From IMG/VR virus record IMGVR_UViG_3300012663_000053, positions 1 through 29,010 of that record: DNA of 29,010 bases. The stretch is one strand, 5' to 3'. The translations under genes and the position numbers were made by a program. The DNA is from a virus. Taxonomy: Duplodnaviria; Caudoviricetes. Shown in pieces: positions 7,649 through 15,548 of this stretch. Under the pieces are notes generated by a model. The model had not been told where the DNA came from and searched no databases. It saw nothing but the letters and a program-made list of their open reading frames with translations. Within the stretch, counting starts at the first letter, position 1. The number at the start of each line of letters is the position of its first letter.

Positions 7649-8050
7649 ATGGCTAACCCCAATATTGCAGCCCTTACAAGCATATACGGTAATACCGCGT
7701 ATGTAATCCCATCAACAACGTCTGTAAGTGTTGCATGGACTCATAACGGCACAACAACACTAACAGGATTGACGCCAGCGGCAGGTACTGTAAATAAAAT
7801 TACAGGTATCGTAGTCTCTAATGTAACGGCTTCGGCGGCTAATATATCAGTAGCGATTTCGAATAACGCTACCTACGCAAGCGGAACTGCATACTACATT
7901 GCGTACCAAATCTCTGTCCCAGCTAACGCTACATTAATTATTGTGGATAAAACTACAGATTTGTACGTAACTGAAAATCAATCTATTGGGGTAATCGTAG
8001 GCACAGCCAGCGCACTTCACATAACGGCAACTATTGAAGTAATCACCTAA
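7649..8050 (+). CDS. Small beta-sandwich fibre-associated protein (133 aa)
   Basis: RBS AGGAG; MANPNI..., IVVSNV, ISVPANATL and YVTENQSI pattern; lies between the fibre and lectin genes. Confidence 0.75.
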   Translation: MANPNIAALTSIYGNTAYVIPSTTSVSVAWTHNGTTTLTGLTPAAGTVNKITGIVVSNVTASAANISVAISNNATYASGTAYYIAYQISVPANATLIIVDKTTDLYVTENQSIGVIVGTASALHITATIEVIT

Positions 8051-8051
8051 T

Positions 8052-10121
8052 ATGAGCTTAAGAAATGTTGGCGGGTATATATCCGCATCATACAATCCGC
8101 TTGCTGCTAATGTTGGCCCGGGTGTTCAAACCAACCAAACAGAAGGCGTTTTTACATTGCAAACAGCAATGCAAGCTGTTGCGGCAAATCAATGGTGTAC
8201 TGATCCAAGCTTTGACCAAACCACGTTGTTACTTCAAGCAGACGGTATTGCTAATAATTCTGACAACAGCACATTTATTGATAGCAGCTCAACCGCAGCA
8301 ACATTAACATTAAACGGCAATGTTAGGCAAAACCAATTTACACCATTTAGCCAGCCAAACGGGTATTGGGGAAATTATTTTGACGGTACGGGAGATTATT
8401 TAACAATTCCAACAAATGCAGCATTAAATATTGGGGCCGGCAATTTTACTATTGAGTTTTGGATAAACCCAAATGCTAATAATAATTATGGAATTTTTAA
8501 ACTAGTTGGAACAGGTACAACATCAAACGGGCCAACATTTACGTCTGCAAGAAAATTTGCATGGTGGAAAGATGGAAGCAGTGAAATCCTTCTTTCAACT
8601 ACAATTGCCGAATATGGTTTTTGGTATCATGTTGCTTATGTTCGGTCTGGCACATCTTTTAAACTATACGTTAATGGCATTTCTGAAAGCACAGTAACAA
8701 ATTCCGATTCTTTTAATTTTTCTGGATGGAGTCTTGGTAGAGGTTATTACGATAATCAAATGCAAGGATTTTTATCTAATTTTAGGCTAACAAATTCAGC
8801 AGTTTATACGGCAAACTTTACCCCGCCAACTTCGCCTTTAACAACAACTGTTTCATCTGGAACGGTTCAATTACTTACTTGTCAATCAAACGCTATTAAA
8901 GATACGTCTGCTAATAGTTTTACTATTACAGTTAATGGCAATGTATCAACGCAGCTATTTTCTCCGTTTGCCCCAGTATATTCGGCTGCGGAACCAACTA
9001 TTGGTGGTAGTGCAGTATTTCCGGGATCATCGTATGTTTCTGGAACATCATCAATATGCACAGCAACAGATTTTACAATGGAGTTTTTTGGGTATTTTCC
9101 AGCGGCAGCGCCAAGCTCATTTGTTTTTGTTGGGCAAAGCACTGGCCCATTATTGACATTTGATGCGTCTTTTTTCCCATTGTATGGGCGACAAGGTGGT
9201 TTTGTTTTAACTGGAAATATAGTGGTTCCAGTTGGGCAATGGGTTCATCTTGCCTATGTAAGATCAGGCACAACTGTTTCTGCTTATGTAAATGCTCGAT
9301 TTGCTGGTTCTGCAACTGACGCAAATAATTATTCAGCAAGCCAATCTTGGAATTTTGGTGGTGGCCCGGGCGCATCGCCTTTGCCCAATGGTGTAAGTAT
9401 TAGTAATTTTAGAAGTGTGGGTTCGGCGCTTTATTCAGGCACAAGCACAACAACCGATAATTTTACAATTCCCGCAGCGCCATTTACATCAAGTACAGCA
9501 AACACATTACTGTTAATGTCCGCAACAAATGCGGGAATAATTGACGTATCACTAAAAAATAATATTCAGACAATTGGCAATACTAAAGTAAGCACAAGTA
9601 TTTATAAGTACGGTAGCGGCTCAATTAATTTTGACGGCACTGGAGATTGGATAACGTTGCCAAATGGTATGCAAAACCAAATGCAAGGTGGTGATTTTAC
9701 CGCTGAAGGTTGGGTTTATATAACCACACTAGGATCGGCTCGCGGGTTAATAAGCAAAGGAACCGCATCAACTGGATGGGCAATTGGGGTTACAAGCGGC
9801 AATGTTTTGCAAGCGTCCTATACATCAACAACGTTATCAGGAACAACGCTGTTAGTTGCAAATACTTGGTATCATTTTGCAATGGTTAGATCAGGGACGG
9901 CAACGGGCAATATAAAAATTTACCTAAATGGTGTATTAGAAGCAACAAGCGCAACGGCCATCACAACTGATTTTAATCAAACCGAATCCATGTATGTTGG
10001 CGCAGACCGAGTTGGTGGTTCTCCGATGATTGGCTACATGGATGATGTAAGGCTTACTAAAGGTGTTGCTCGATATACGGCTGCATTTACTCCACCACAA
10101 GTTGCATTCCCTCGTCAGTAA
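8052..10121 (+). CDS. Concanavalin A-like lectin/glucanase (LamG) triple-domain protein, putative receptor-binding protein
   Basis: 689 aa; three units with FDGTGD(Y/W), FTxE(F/G)W, W(Y/V)HxAxVRSG, LYVNG/IYLNG and SNFR/DDVR...FTPP signatures. Confidence 0.88.
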   Translation: MSLRNVGGYISASYNPLAANVGPGVQTNQTEGVFTLQTAMQAVAANQWCTDPSFDQTTLLLQADGIANNSDNSTFIDSSSTAATLTLNGNVRQNQFTPFSQPNGYWGNYFDGTGDYLTIPTNAALNIGAGNFTIEFWINPNANNNYGIFKLVGTGTTSNGPTFTSARKFAWWKDGSSEILLSTTIAEYGFWYHVAYVRSGTSFKLYVNGISESTVTNSDSFNFSGWSLGRGYYDNQMQGFLSNFRLTNSAVYTANFTPPTSPLTTTVSSGTVQLLTCQSNAIKDTSANSFTITVNGNVSTQLFSPFAPVYSAAEPTIGGSAVFPGSSYVSGTSSICTATDFTMEFFGYFPAAAPSSFVFVGQSTGPLLTFDASFFPLYGRQGGFVLTGNIVVPVGQWVHLAYVRSGTTVSAYVNARFAGSATDANNYSASQSWNFGGGPGASPLPNGVSISNFRSVGSALYSGTSTTTDNFTIPAAPFTSSTANTLLLMSATNAGIIDVSLKNNIQTIGNTKVSTSIYKYGSGSINFDGTGDWITLPNGMQNQMQGGDFTAEGWVYITTLGSARGLISKGTASTGWAIGVTSGNVLQASYTSTTLSGTTLLVANTWYHFAMVRSGTATGNIKIYLNGVLEATSATAITTDFNQTESMYVGADRVGGSPMIGYMDDVRLTKGVARYTAAFTPPQVAFPRQ

Positions 10122-10129
10122 GGTTTGAT

Positions 10130-11047
10130 ATGAGTCTTAAATATATTGGCGGGGTTATTTCTTCAATTCCCAAAACAACGTCTGCATCTGTTGCAAATGG
10201 GGTTTGGAATATGACGAATGTAGCAAAAGCAAGATCAAATTCTGTATGGCCTTTACCCGGCATTAGTAATTTAAGTTATTTAGTTGTTGCTGGTGGAGCA
10301 AGTGGTGGTGGCGGTAATGGTGGCGGTGGCGGCGGTGGCGCAGGTGGATTATTAACTGGAACAACTTCCGCAGTTTTTGGGGCTGCCTACACAATTACTG
10401 TTGGCGGTGGTGGTGCGGCAAGTACAGGTCAAGGAACAGACGGTACAAATTCATCTGCTTTGGGATTTACTGCGTTTAAAGGCGGTGGTGGTGGTAATGC
10501 CGCTAATGGTACAGGCGGTTCTGGCACTTATGGATCAGGCGGTGGTGGTGGTAGTTTTAGCCCACAAAAAACTGGTGGCGTAGGAACGTCGGGACAAGGT
10601 AACAATGGCGGCACAGGCACAACAACTGCCAACTATGGTGCTGGCGGTGGTGGTGGTGCAAGTGCAGTTGGCGGCAATGGCTCAACAACTGTTGCAGGAA
10701 ATGGCGGGGCCGGTACATCATCTAGCATTAGCGGATCAAGTACAGCATATGGCGGCGGTGGTGGTGGCGGTAAATCATCATCTGCAACGCCGGGAACAGG
10801 TGGCACTGGCGGCGGTGGTAATGGTGGTGCAAGCACAGGTTTCCCGGGTACCGCAAATACAGGTGGCGGCGGCGGTGGCGGATCAGATGGTAATGTAGCC
10901 TCTGGTGCCGGTGGTTCTGGGGTTGTTATTCTTAGTTATCCAGATTCAATTCCGGCTGCAACATCAACAACTGGATCGCCTACAATTACAGTGACAGGCG
11001 GGTTCCGAATCTATAAATGGACTTCATCTGGTTCAATCACATTCTAA
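10130..11047 (+). CDS. Glycine-rich domain tail/fibre tip protein
   Basis: 305 aa; YLVVAGGASGG, YTITVGGGG, ANTGGGGGG and GGSGVVILSY motifs typical of phage Gly-rich (polyglycine-II bundle-like) adhesins. Confidence 0.85.
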   Translation: MSLKYIGGVISSIPKTTSASVANGVWNMTNVAKARSNSVWPLPGISNLSYLVVAGGASGGGGNGGGGGGGAGGLLTGTTSAVFGAAYTITVGGGGAASTGQGTDGTNSSALGFTAFKGGGGGNAANGTGGSGTYGSGGGGGSFSPQKTGGVGTSGQGNNGGTGTTTANYGAGGGGGASAVGGNGSTTVAGNGGAGTSSSISGSSTAYGGGGGGGKSSSATPGTGGTGGGGNGGASTGFPGTANTGGGGGGGSDGNVASGAGGSGVVILSYPDSIPAATSTTGSPTITVTGGFRIYKWTSSGSITF

Positions 11048-11052
11048 AAACT

Positions 11053-11397
11053 ATGACACATTTTGCGCGAGTAATTGATGGAGTTGTCACTGAGGTAATT
11101 GTTGCCGAGCAGGATGTTATTGATTCAGGAATGTTTGGTGGCGGGTGGGTTCAGACTTCATATAATACTTATGGTGGGCAGCATCCAAAAGGCCAGCCGC
11201 TACGTAAAAATTATGCAGGAGTTGGCTTTACTTATGATGTACAGCGTGACGCGTTTATCGCTCCGCAACCATTTATGAGTTGGACGCTAGAAGAAGATTC
11301 TTGTTTGTGGATTGCGCCAATAGCCTATCCTACTGATGGTAAACAATACTACTGGGATGAGCCAACAACATCTTGGGTTGAGCGAACAAATAACTAA
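11053..11397 (+). CDS. Partner protein of the Gly-rich adhesin, putative fibre assembly protein (114 aa)
   Basis: ATG at 11053, after the upstream stop at 11047, is preferred over 11017; MTHFA, WVQTSYN, RKNYAGVG.TYD..RDAFIAPQP..SW and YYWDE...W motifs. Confidence 0.8.
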   Translation: MTHFARVIDGVVTEVIVAEQDVIDSGMFGGGWVQTSYNTYGGQHPKGQPLRKNYAGVGFTYDVQRDAFIAPQPFMSWTLEEDSCLWIAPIAYPTDGKQYYWDEPTTSWVERTNN

Positions 11398-11406
11398 GGA
11401 TAAACT

Positions 11407-13587
11407 ATGTCTAGTACATACAGCAGCTTAAAAATTGAACTGATCGGTACTGGCGAACAAGCCGGCTTTTGGGGTGCTACTACCAATACCAATCTAGGTA
11501 CAGCCTTAGAAGAAGCCATTGTAGGTCGTGCAGATGTTGCGTTTGCTACTGATGCTGACCTTACTTTGACGCTGACGGATTCTAATTCTACGCAGATTGC
11601 TCGGCACTTTATCCTTAATGTAACTGGCACGCTTACAGCAACGCGGAACTTAACGGTTCCGGCAATTGATAAGCCGTACATCATTGAGAACAACACAGCA
11701 CAAACAATCATTGTTAAGACAAGTGGTGGGGCAGGGGTGCCTGTTCCGAATGGTAGAAAAATGTTTTTGTACGCCTTTAATAATGGCGCTACTAATAATG
11801 TAGTCGAAGCATTTAACTACGTATCGGCTTTATATGCAGGCACACTAACCCTTACATCCCCGCTTCCTATTGCGTCTGGCGGTACAGGTTCTGCTGTAAC
11901 CGCATACTGTTCGTTGGTAACTAATGTTACTGGAACCTTGCCAATCGCTAACGGTGGTACAGGACAAGTCACAGCCAATGCTGCGGTGAACGCGTTGCTG
12001 CCAGCTCAAGCCGGCAATAATGGTTTGTTCTTAACCACAAATGGTACGGATACTGCATGGGCTGCGGCATCAGGCGGTGGCGGAGGTAGCGTTTCTTCAG
12101 TTAATGCGTCTGGTGGCACAACGGGGATGACCTTCTCAGGCGGCCCAATTCTTAGTGCTGGTACGCTTACAATGGCTGGTACGCTTGCAGTAGCTAATGG
12201 TGGTACTGGGGCAACAACGCATTCGGTAAATGGCCTGCTTACAGGTAATGGCACTAGCGCAGTAAATACTATTGCTCCGGGTACAAACGGGCAGGTACTT
12301 ACTTCTAACGGTACAAATTGGTACGCAGCGGCTTTTACCGCAGGTAATGTTACTGGTCCACTGTCCTCCACCAACTTAGCTATTCCAACTTTTTCTGGTG
12401 CAAGCGGGACAATCCTTTTAAATAATTCTGGCGCTACTATTTCTGGTGGCACGGTTACAGCGGTTGCGTTTGCAGGTGATGGCGCTTCGATTACCGGACT
12501 TTCTACTGGCAATATTTCTAGTGGCACTTTGCCCATTGCTCGTGGAGGTACTAACAGTACAGCAACCCCAACAAACGGGGGCGCTGTATATGGAACGGGA
12601 TCAGCTTATGCGGTTACCGCTGCCGGCACTTCTGGGCAAGTATTAACATCTAACGGTTCTGCTGCTCCTACATGGCAGACGCCTTCTGCTGCTACGATTT
12701 CTATTTCTGCCGGCAACGGCATGACGTTCACAACCATCACTGGGTCTGGCTCAGTTACGATGGGAACACCCACTACACTAACTTCGGCAACAACTAATGC
12801 CGTATCTGCTGGAACCCACGCACATGCTGTAACAGGGATACCAACTACTTACACATGGACGGCTGGAACAACAGCAGGACCTACTGGTGCTTTAACTGGA
12901 TCAGGGTCATCATCAGTTTCTTATGCGGCTATTCCAAGTGCATCGGCAACAGCATCCGGCATTATTACTACAGGTGCGCAGACGCTTGCAGGCACCAAGA
13001 CATTTAGTAGTATTCTTGCTACTTCGTATAACTTTAGTACAACAAGTTCAATTTATCTGTCTGGTTCGACGGTTAATCTAGATATTGCTAGCGTTGGTAT
13101 TACAGATTGGACTAACGCAGCCTTTTCCCCAGCAACAGATAATGTTCGCACCCTTGGTACAGCAGCGCTACGCTGGACAACTGTATATGCAACAACAGGC
13201 ACGATCAATACTTCCGATGCAAACACCAAGCAAGACATCGCTGATCTGGATGCAGCCGAGCTTCGTGTAGCTACAAACTTAAAAGGAATGATTAAGAAGT
13301 TCCGCTTTAAGGATGCTGTTGCAGAAAAAGGTAGTGCTGCTCGAATTCACGTTGGTGTAATTGCTCAAGATGTACAGGCTGCGTTTGTATCTGAAGGTCT
13401 TAACCCAGCGGAATATGGCATGTTCTGTTCGGATACATGGTGGGAGAGAGAAGAAACCACTGTTGTTAATGATGTTCCACGCACCAGAATCGTTGCACAT
13501 GATACGTTTGTAGAAGGTGGTACGGAGCGCACACGGCTTGGTATTCGTTACGAAGAACTGTTCGCTTTTATTATTGCTGCTTTGTAA
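11407..13587 (+). CDS. Long tail fibre with C-terminal intramolecular chaperone / auto-processing domain (peptidase S74 family)
   Basis: 726 aa; LPIAxGGT and GQVLTSNG fibre repeats; TINTSDANTK cleavage motif (Ser at 13213, Lys at 13228), HVGVIAQDV and GIRYEEL chaperone motifs; RBS TAAGGA. Confidence 0.9.
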   Translation: MSSTYSSLKIELIGTGEQAGFWGATTNTNLGTALEEAIVGRADVAFATDADLTLTLTDSNSTQIARHFILNVTGTLTATRNLTVPAIDKPYIIENNTAQTIIVKTSGGAGVPVPNGRKMFLYAFNNGATNNVVEAFNYVSALYAGTLTLTSPLPIASGGTGSAVTAYCSLVTNVTGTLPIANGGTGQVTANAAVNALLPAQAGNNGLFLTTNGTDTAWAAASGGGGGSVSSVNASGGTTGMTFSGGPILSAGTLTMAGTLAVANGGTGATTHSVNGLLTGNGTSAVNTIAPGTNGQVLTSNGTNWYAAAFTAGNVTGPLSSTNLAIPTFSGASGTILLNNSGATISGGTVTAVAFAGDGASITGLSTGNISSGTLPIARGGTNSTATPTNGGAVYGTGSAYAVTAAGTSGQVLTSNGSAAPTWQTPSAATISISAGNGMTFTTITGSGSVTMGTPTTLTSATTNAVSAGTHAHAVTGIPTTYTWTAGTTAGPTGALTGSGSSSVSYAAIPSASATASGIITTGAQTLAGTKTFSSILATSYNFSTTSSIYLSGSTVNLDIASVGITDWTNAAFSPATDNVRTLGTAALRWTTVYATTGTINTSDANTKQDIADLDAAELRVATNLKGMIKKFRFKDAVAEKGSAARIHVGVIAQDVQAAFVSEGLNPAEYGMFCSDTWWEREETTVVNDVPRTRIVAHDTFVEGGTERTRLGIRYEELFAFIIAAL

Positions 13588-13596
13588 AGATTATGT

Positions 13597-14130
13597 ATGG
13601 ACCCAATAACTGTCGGTGCGGCGTTCGCAATAGCCAAGGCGGCAGTTGCTGGCGTAAAAGAGGCCATCGCCCTCGGGAAAGAAGTGCAGGAGTGTTATCA
13701 CGATATTAGTGCGTTCTTTACGGCACAAGGTGAGATACAGGCTGCGGTAGTCCAGCAAGAGCATGACCAGAAGCTAGGTAAATCGGCACAGAAAGACGCT
13801 ACTGCCGAGGCGCTTGATGCGATGTTTGCCAGCCGTCAGATGTACAAAATGGAAGTGGAGCTACGTGAAGCATTAATCTACGGTTCTGGTAATGAATCAG
13901 GCTTGTACGAAGAGATGTGCCAACGGCGGGACGCTATTATCCAAGATCGTAAGAATGCCCTTGAGGAAGAAGCTAGGCAGATTCGGCTAAAAGCATACGC
14001 AGTTAAACGCAAGAAAGAAGAGCGGATTCAGAACCTCCAAGAATGGTTAGCAGTTGTCCTTGGGGTGTCAATTAGTAGCTTCATTATGTACGCAATATGG
14101 TGGATGTTTAGACACGGGGGTGATGAATGA
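13597..14130 (+). CDS. Membrane-anchored coiled-coil protein (177 aa), lysis-region
   Basis: Hydrophobic MDPITVGAAFAIAKAAV start, charged coiled coil, C-terminal TM helix WLAVVLGVSISSFIMYAIWWMF. Confidence 0.8.
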   Translation: MDPITVGAAFAIAKAAVAGVKEAIALGKEVQECYHDISAFFTAQGEIQAAVVQQEHDQKLGKSAQKDATAEALDAMFASRQMYKMEVELREALIYGSGNESGLYEEMCQRRDAIIQDRKNALEEEARQIRLKAYAVKRKKEERIQNLQEWLAVVLGVSISSFIMYAIWWMFRHGGDE

Positions 14131-14387
14131 ACATGCAAGACATTATGAAGGCGATAATCCCCATCGCTTTATCCGCAATCGTTTGGCTGCTTGGGCAGGT
14201 AGGTAGCTTCTCTGAACGCCTAACCAAGATTGAGGGTCAGATGCCTGCTTTGATTACGTCGCAGGGTGTGCCAACGGACAGCCCGTTAAGTGCAGAGCGC
14301 CGCCACGCTATGAAAGAAGAAATCTACAACGATATTCACGACCTGCAAGTTCGGATTAAATTGATGGAAGAGCGAGGTAAACACTGA
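14127..14387 (+). CDS. Small membrane protein (N-terminal TM helix plus coiled coil, 86 aa)
   Basis: ATGA overlap; AIIPIALSAIVWLLG TM segment, then LTKIE...DLQVRIKLME. Confidence 0.8.
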   Translation: MNMQDIMKAIIPIALSAIVWLLGQVGSFSERLTKIEGQMPALITSQGVPTDSPLSAERRHAMKEEIYNDIHDLQVRIKLMEERGKH

Positions 14388-14872
14388 TGATGACGCTATT
14401 TACAACACTGATTTCTTTCTTATCTGGTGGCCTACCAAAGCTACTGGATTTCTTCCAAGATAAACAAGATAAGAAACACGAACTAGCCTTGGCTCAGATT
14501 CAAGTGCAGGCTCAGATGGAGATGCAAAAGGCGGGCTTCCAAGCGCAGGAGCATATCGAAGAAATTCGTACTGACCAGATTAGTATTCAGGCGCAGACAA
14601 CTGAACGGCAAGCGCTTTATGCTCATGATATTGAGATAGGCAAAGGCGCATCTCAGTGGGTAATTAACCTCCGCGCTATGGTGCGTCCTACCATTACGTA
14701 TGGCCTTTTCTTCCTACTGGTAGCTGTTGATATTGCTGGTGTTTGGTATGCGTGGACTACTAACGTACCGTTTAACGTTATGATTGAAGCGGTTTGGGAT
14801 GACGATACGCAGATCATCTGGGCATCTGTAATTTCGTTCTGGTTCGGGACACAGGCGTTTAGTAAGAAATGA
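14387..14872 (+). CDS. Putative holin (GTA 3TM-holin-like)
   Basis: 161 aa; N-terminal amphipathic segment, W...LRAMVRPTITY + TM helix, C-terminal VISFWFGTQAFSKK; upstream of the lysozyme. Confidence 0.7.
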   Translation: MMTLFTTLISFLSGGLPKLLDFFQDKQDKKHELALAQIQVQAQMEMQKAGFQAQEHIEEIRTDQISIQAQTTERQALYAHDIEIGKGASQWVINLRAMVRPTITYGLFFLLVAVDIAGVWYAWTTNVPFNVMIEAVWDDDTQIIWASVISFWFGTQAFSKK

Positions 14873-15054
14873 TCCGCCTATTAATACTGGCTCTACTGTG
14901 TATTCTTGTGGCGTTCCATATGTTTGGTTGCGCGGATAAGCACGCAGATTGCGTAGAGATGGCACAGCGGGAGTATTCAAACGCCCACCCAGAGACAAGT
15001 TATAGCCAGCTAATATTAAAACGGAAAGACTTTGAGCGTCGGTGCCCACAATGA
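14869..15054 (+). CDS. Small putative lipoprotein (61 aa)
   Basis: MIR + hydrophobic stretch + MFG-C lipobox-like site; two further Cys in the mature part; ATGA overlaps at both ends. Confidence 0.65.
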   Translation: MIRLLILALLCILVAFHMFGCADKHADCVEMAQREYSNAHPETSYSQLILKRKDFERRCPQ

Positions 15055-15545
15055 ACTTTACCGCCCTGCACGAACTCAAGTACCACGAAGGGGTAAGGAA
15101 GAAGCCTTACTTGGATAGTGTACTGCTGTGGACAACAGGGGTTGGGCATCTAATAGCGCCAGCAGAACATCTGAACATGACGCTTGTTCAGCGCAAGGAA
15201 GCTAAAGCTGCGGGCTTATTAAAGTGTCCAGCAGAGTGGGATAGGAGTTTAACCAATGCCGAAGTGGATGAGATTCTTAAAGCAGACCTTGCTCGGTTTG
15301 AACGAGGTGTTCTACGTTATTGCCCTACTGGCCTTACTCAAGGCAGGTACAACGCACTTGTCAGTTTTGCATTTAATGCTGGGCTAGGCCGATTACAGAG
15401 TTCGTCGATTCGTACTAAGCATAACCGTGGGGATTTTGGTGGCGCTAGTGATGCTTTTCTGCTATACAGAATGGCAAGTGGTGTAGTCCAAAAGGGGCTA
15501 GAAACCCGCCGTAAAGATGAACGTGCAATGTACCTAAGTGGGTAA
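15051..15545 (+). CDS. Endolysin, phage lysozyme (glycoside hydrolase family 24)
   Basis: Catalytic E-x8-D-x5-T in HEGVRKKPYLDSVLLWTTGVGH, plus ALVSFAFNAG and GLETRRKDE motifs. ATG at 15051 (ATGA overlap) is preferred over the GTG at 15042. No N-terminal SAR helix. Confidence 0.93.
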   Translation: MNFTALHELKYHEGVRKKPYLDSVLLWTTGVGHLIAPAEHLNMTLVQRKEAKAAGLLKCPAEWDRSLTNAEVDEILKADLARFERGVLRYCPTGLTQGRYNALVSFAFNAGLGRLQSSSIRTKHNRGDFGGASDAFLLYRMASGVVQKGLETRRKDERAMYLSG

Positions 15546-15548
15546 ATA

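Noticed and set aside
10290-10925. GGT/GGC-rich tracts as a possible DNA repeat element, G-quadruplex array or PE-PGRS-like gene
   Set aside because: Fully explained by poly-Gly coding in a phage Gly-rich adhesin. Synonymous positions vary and there is no PE domain.
13213-13230. SDANTK instead of the common SDxRxK as a sign of an inactive S74 chaperone
   Set aside because: The Ser and Lys of the cleavage dyad are present at the normal spacing, so loss of function is not supported.
8052-13587. Diversity-generating retroelement or invertible tail-fibre switch
   Set aside because: No reverse transcriptase or recombinase gene, no near-identical TR/VR pair differing at adenines, and no inverted gene segments were seen in the window.
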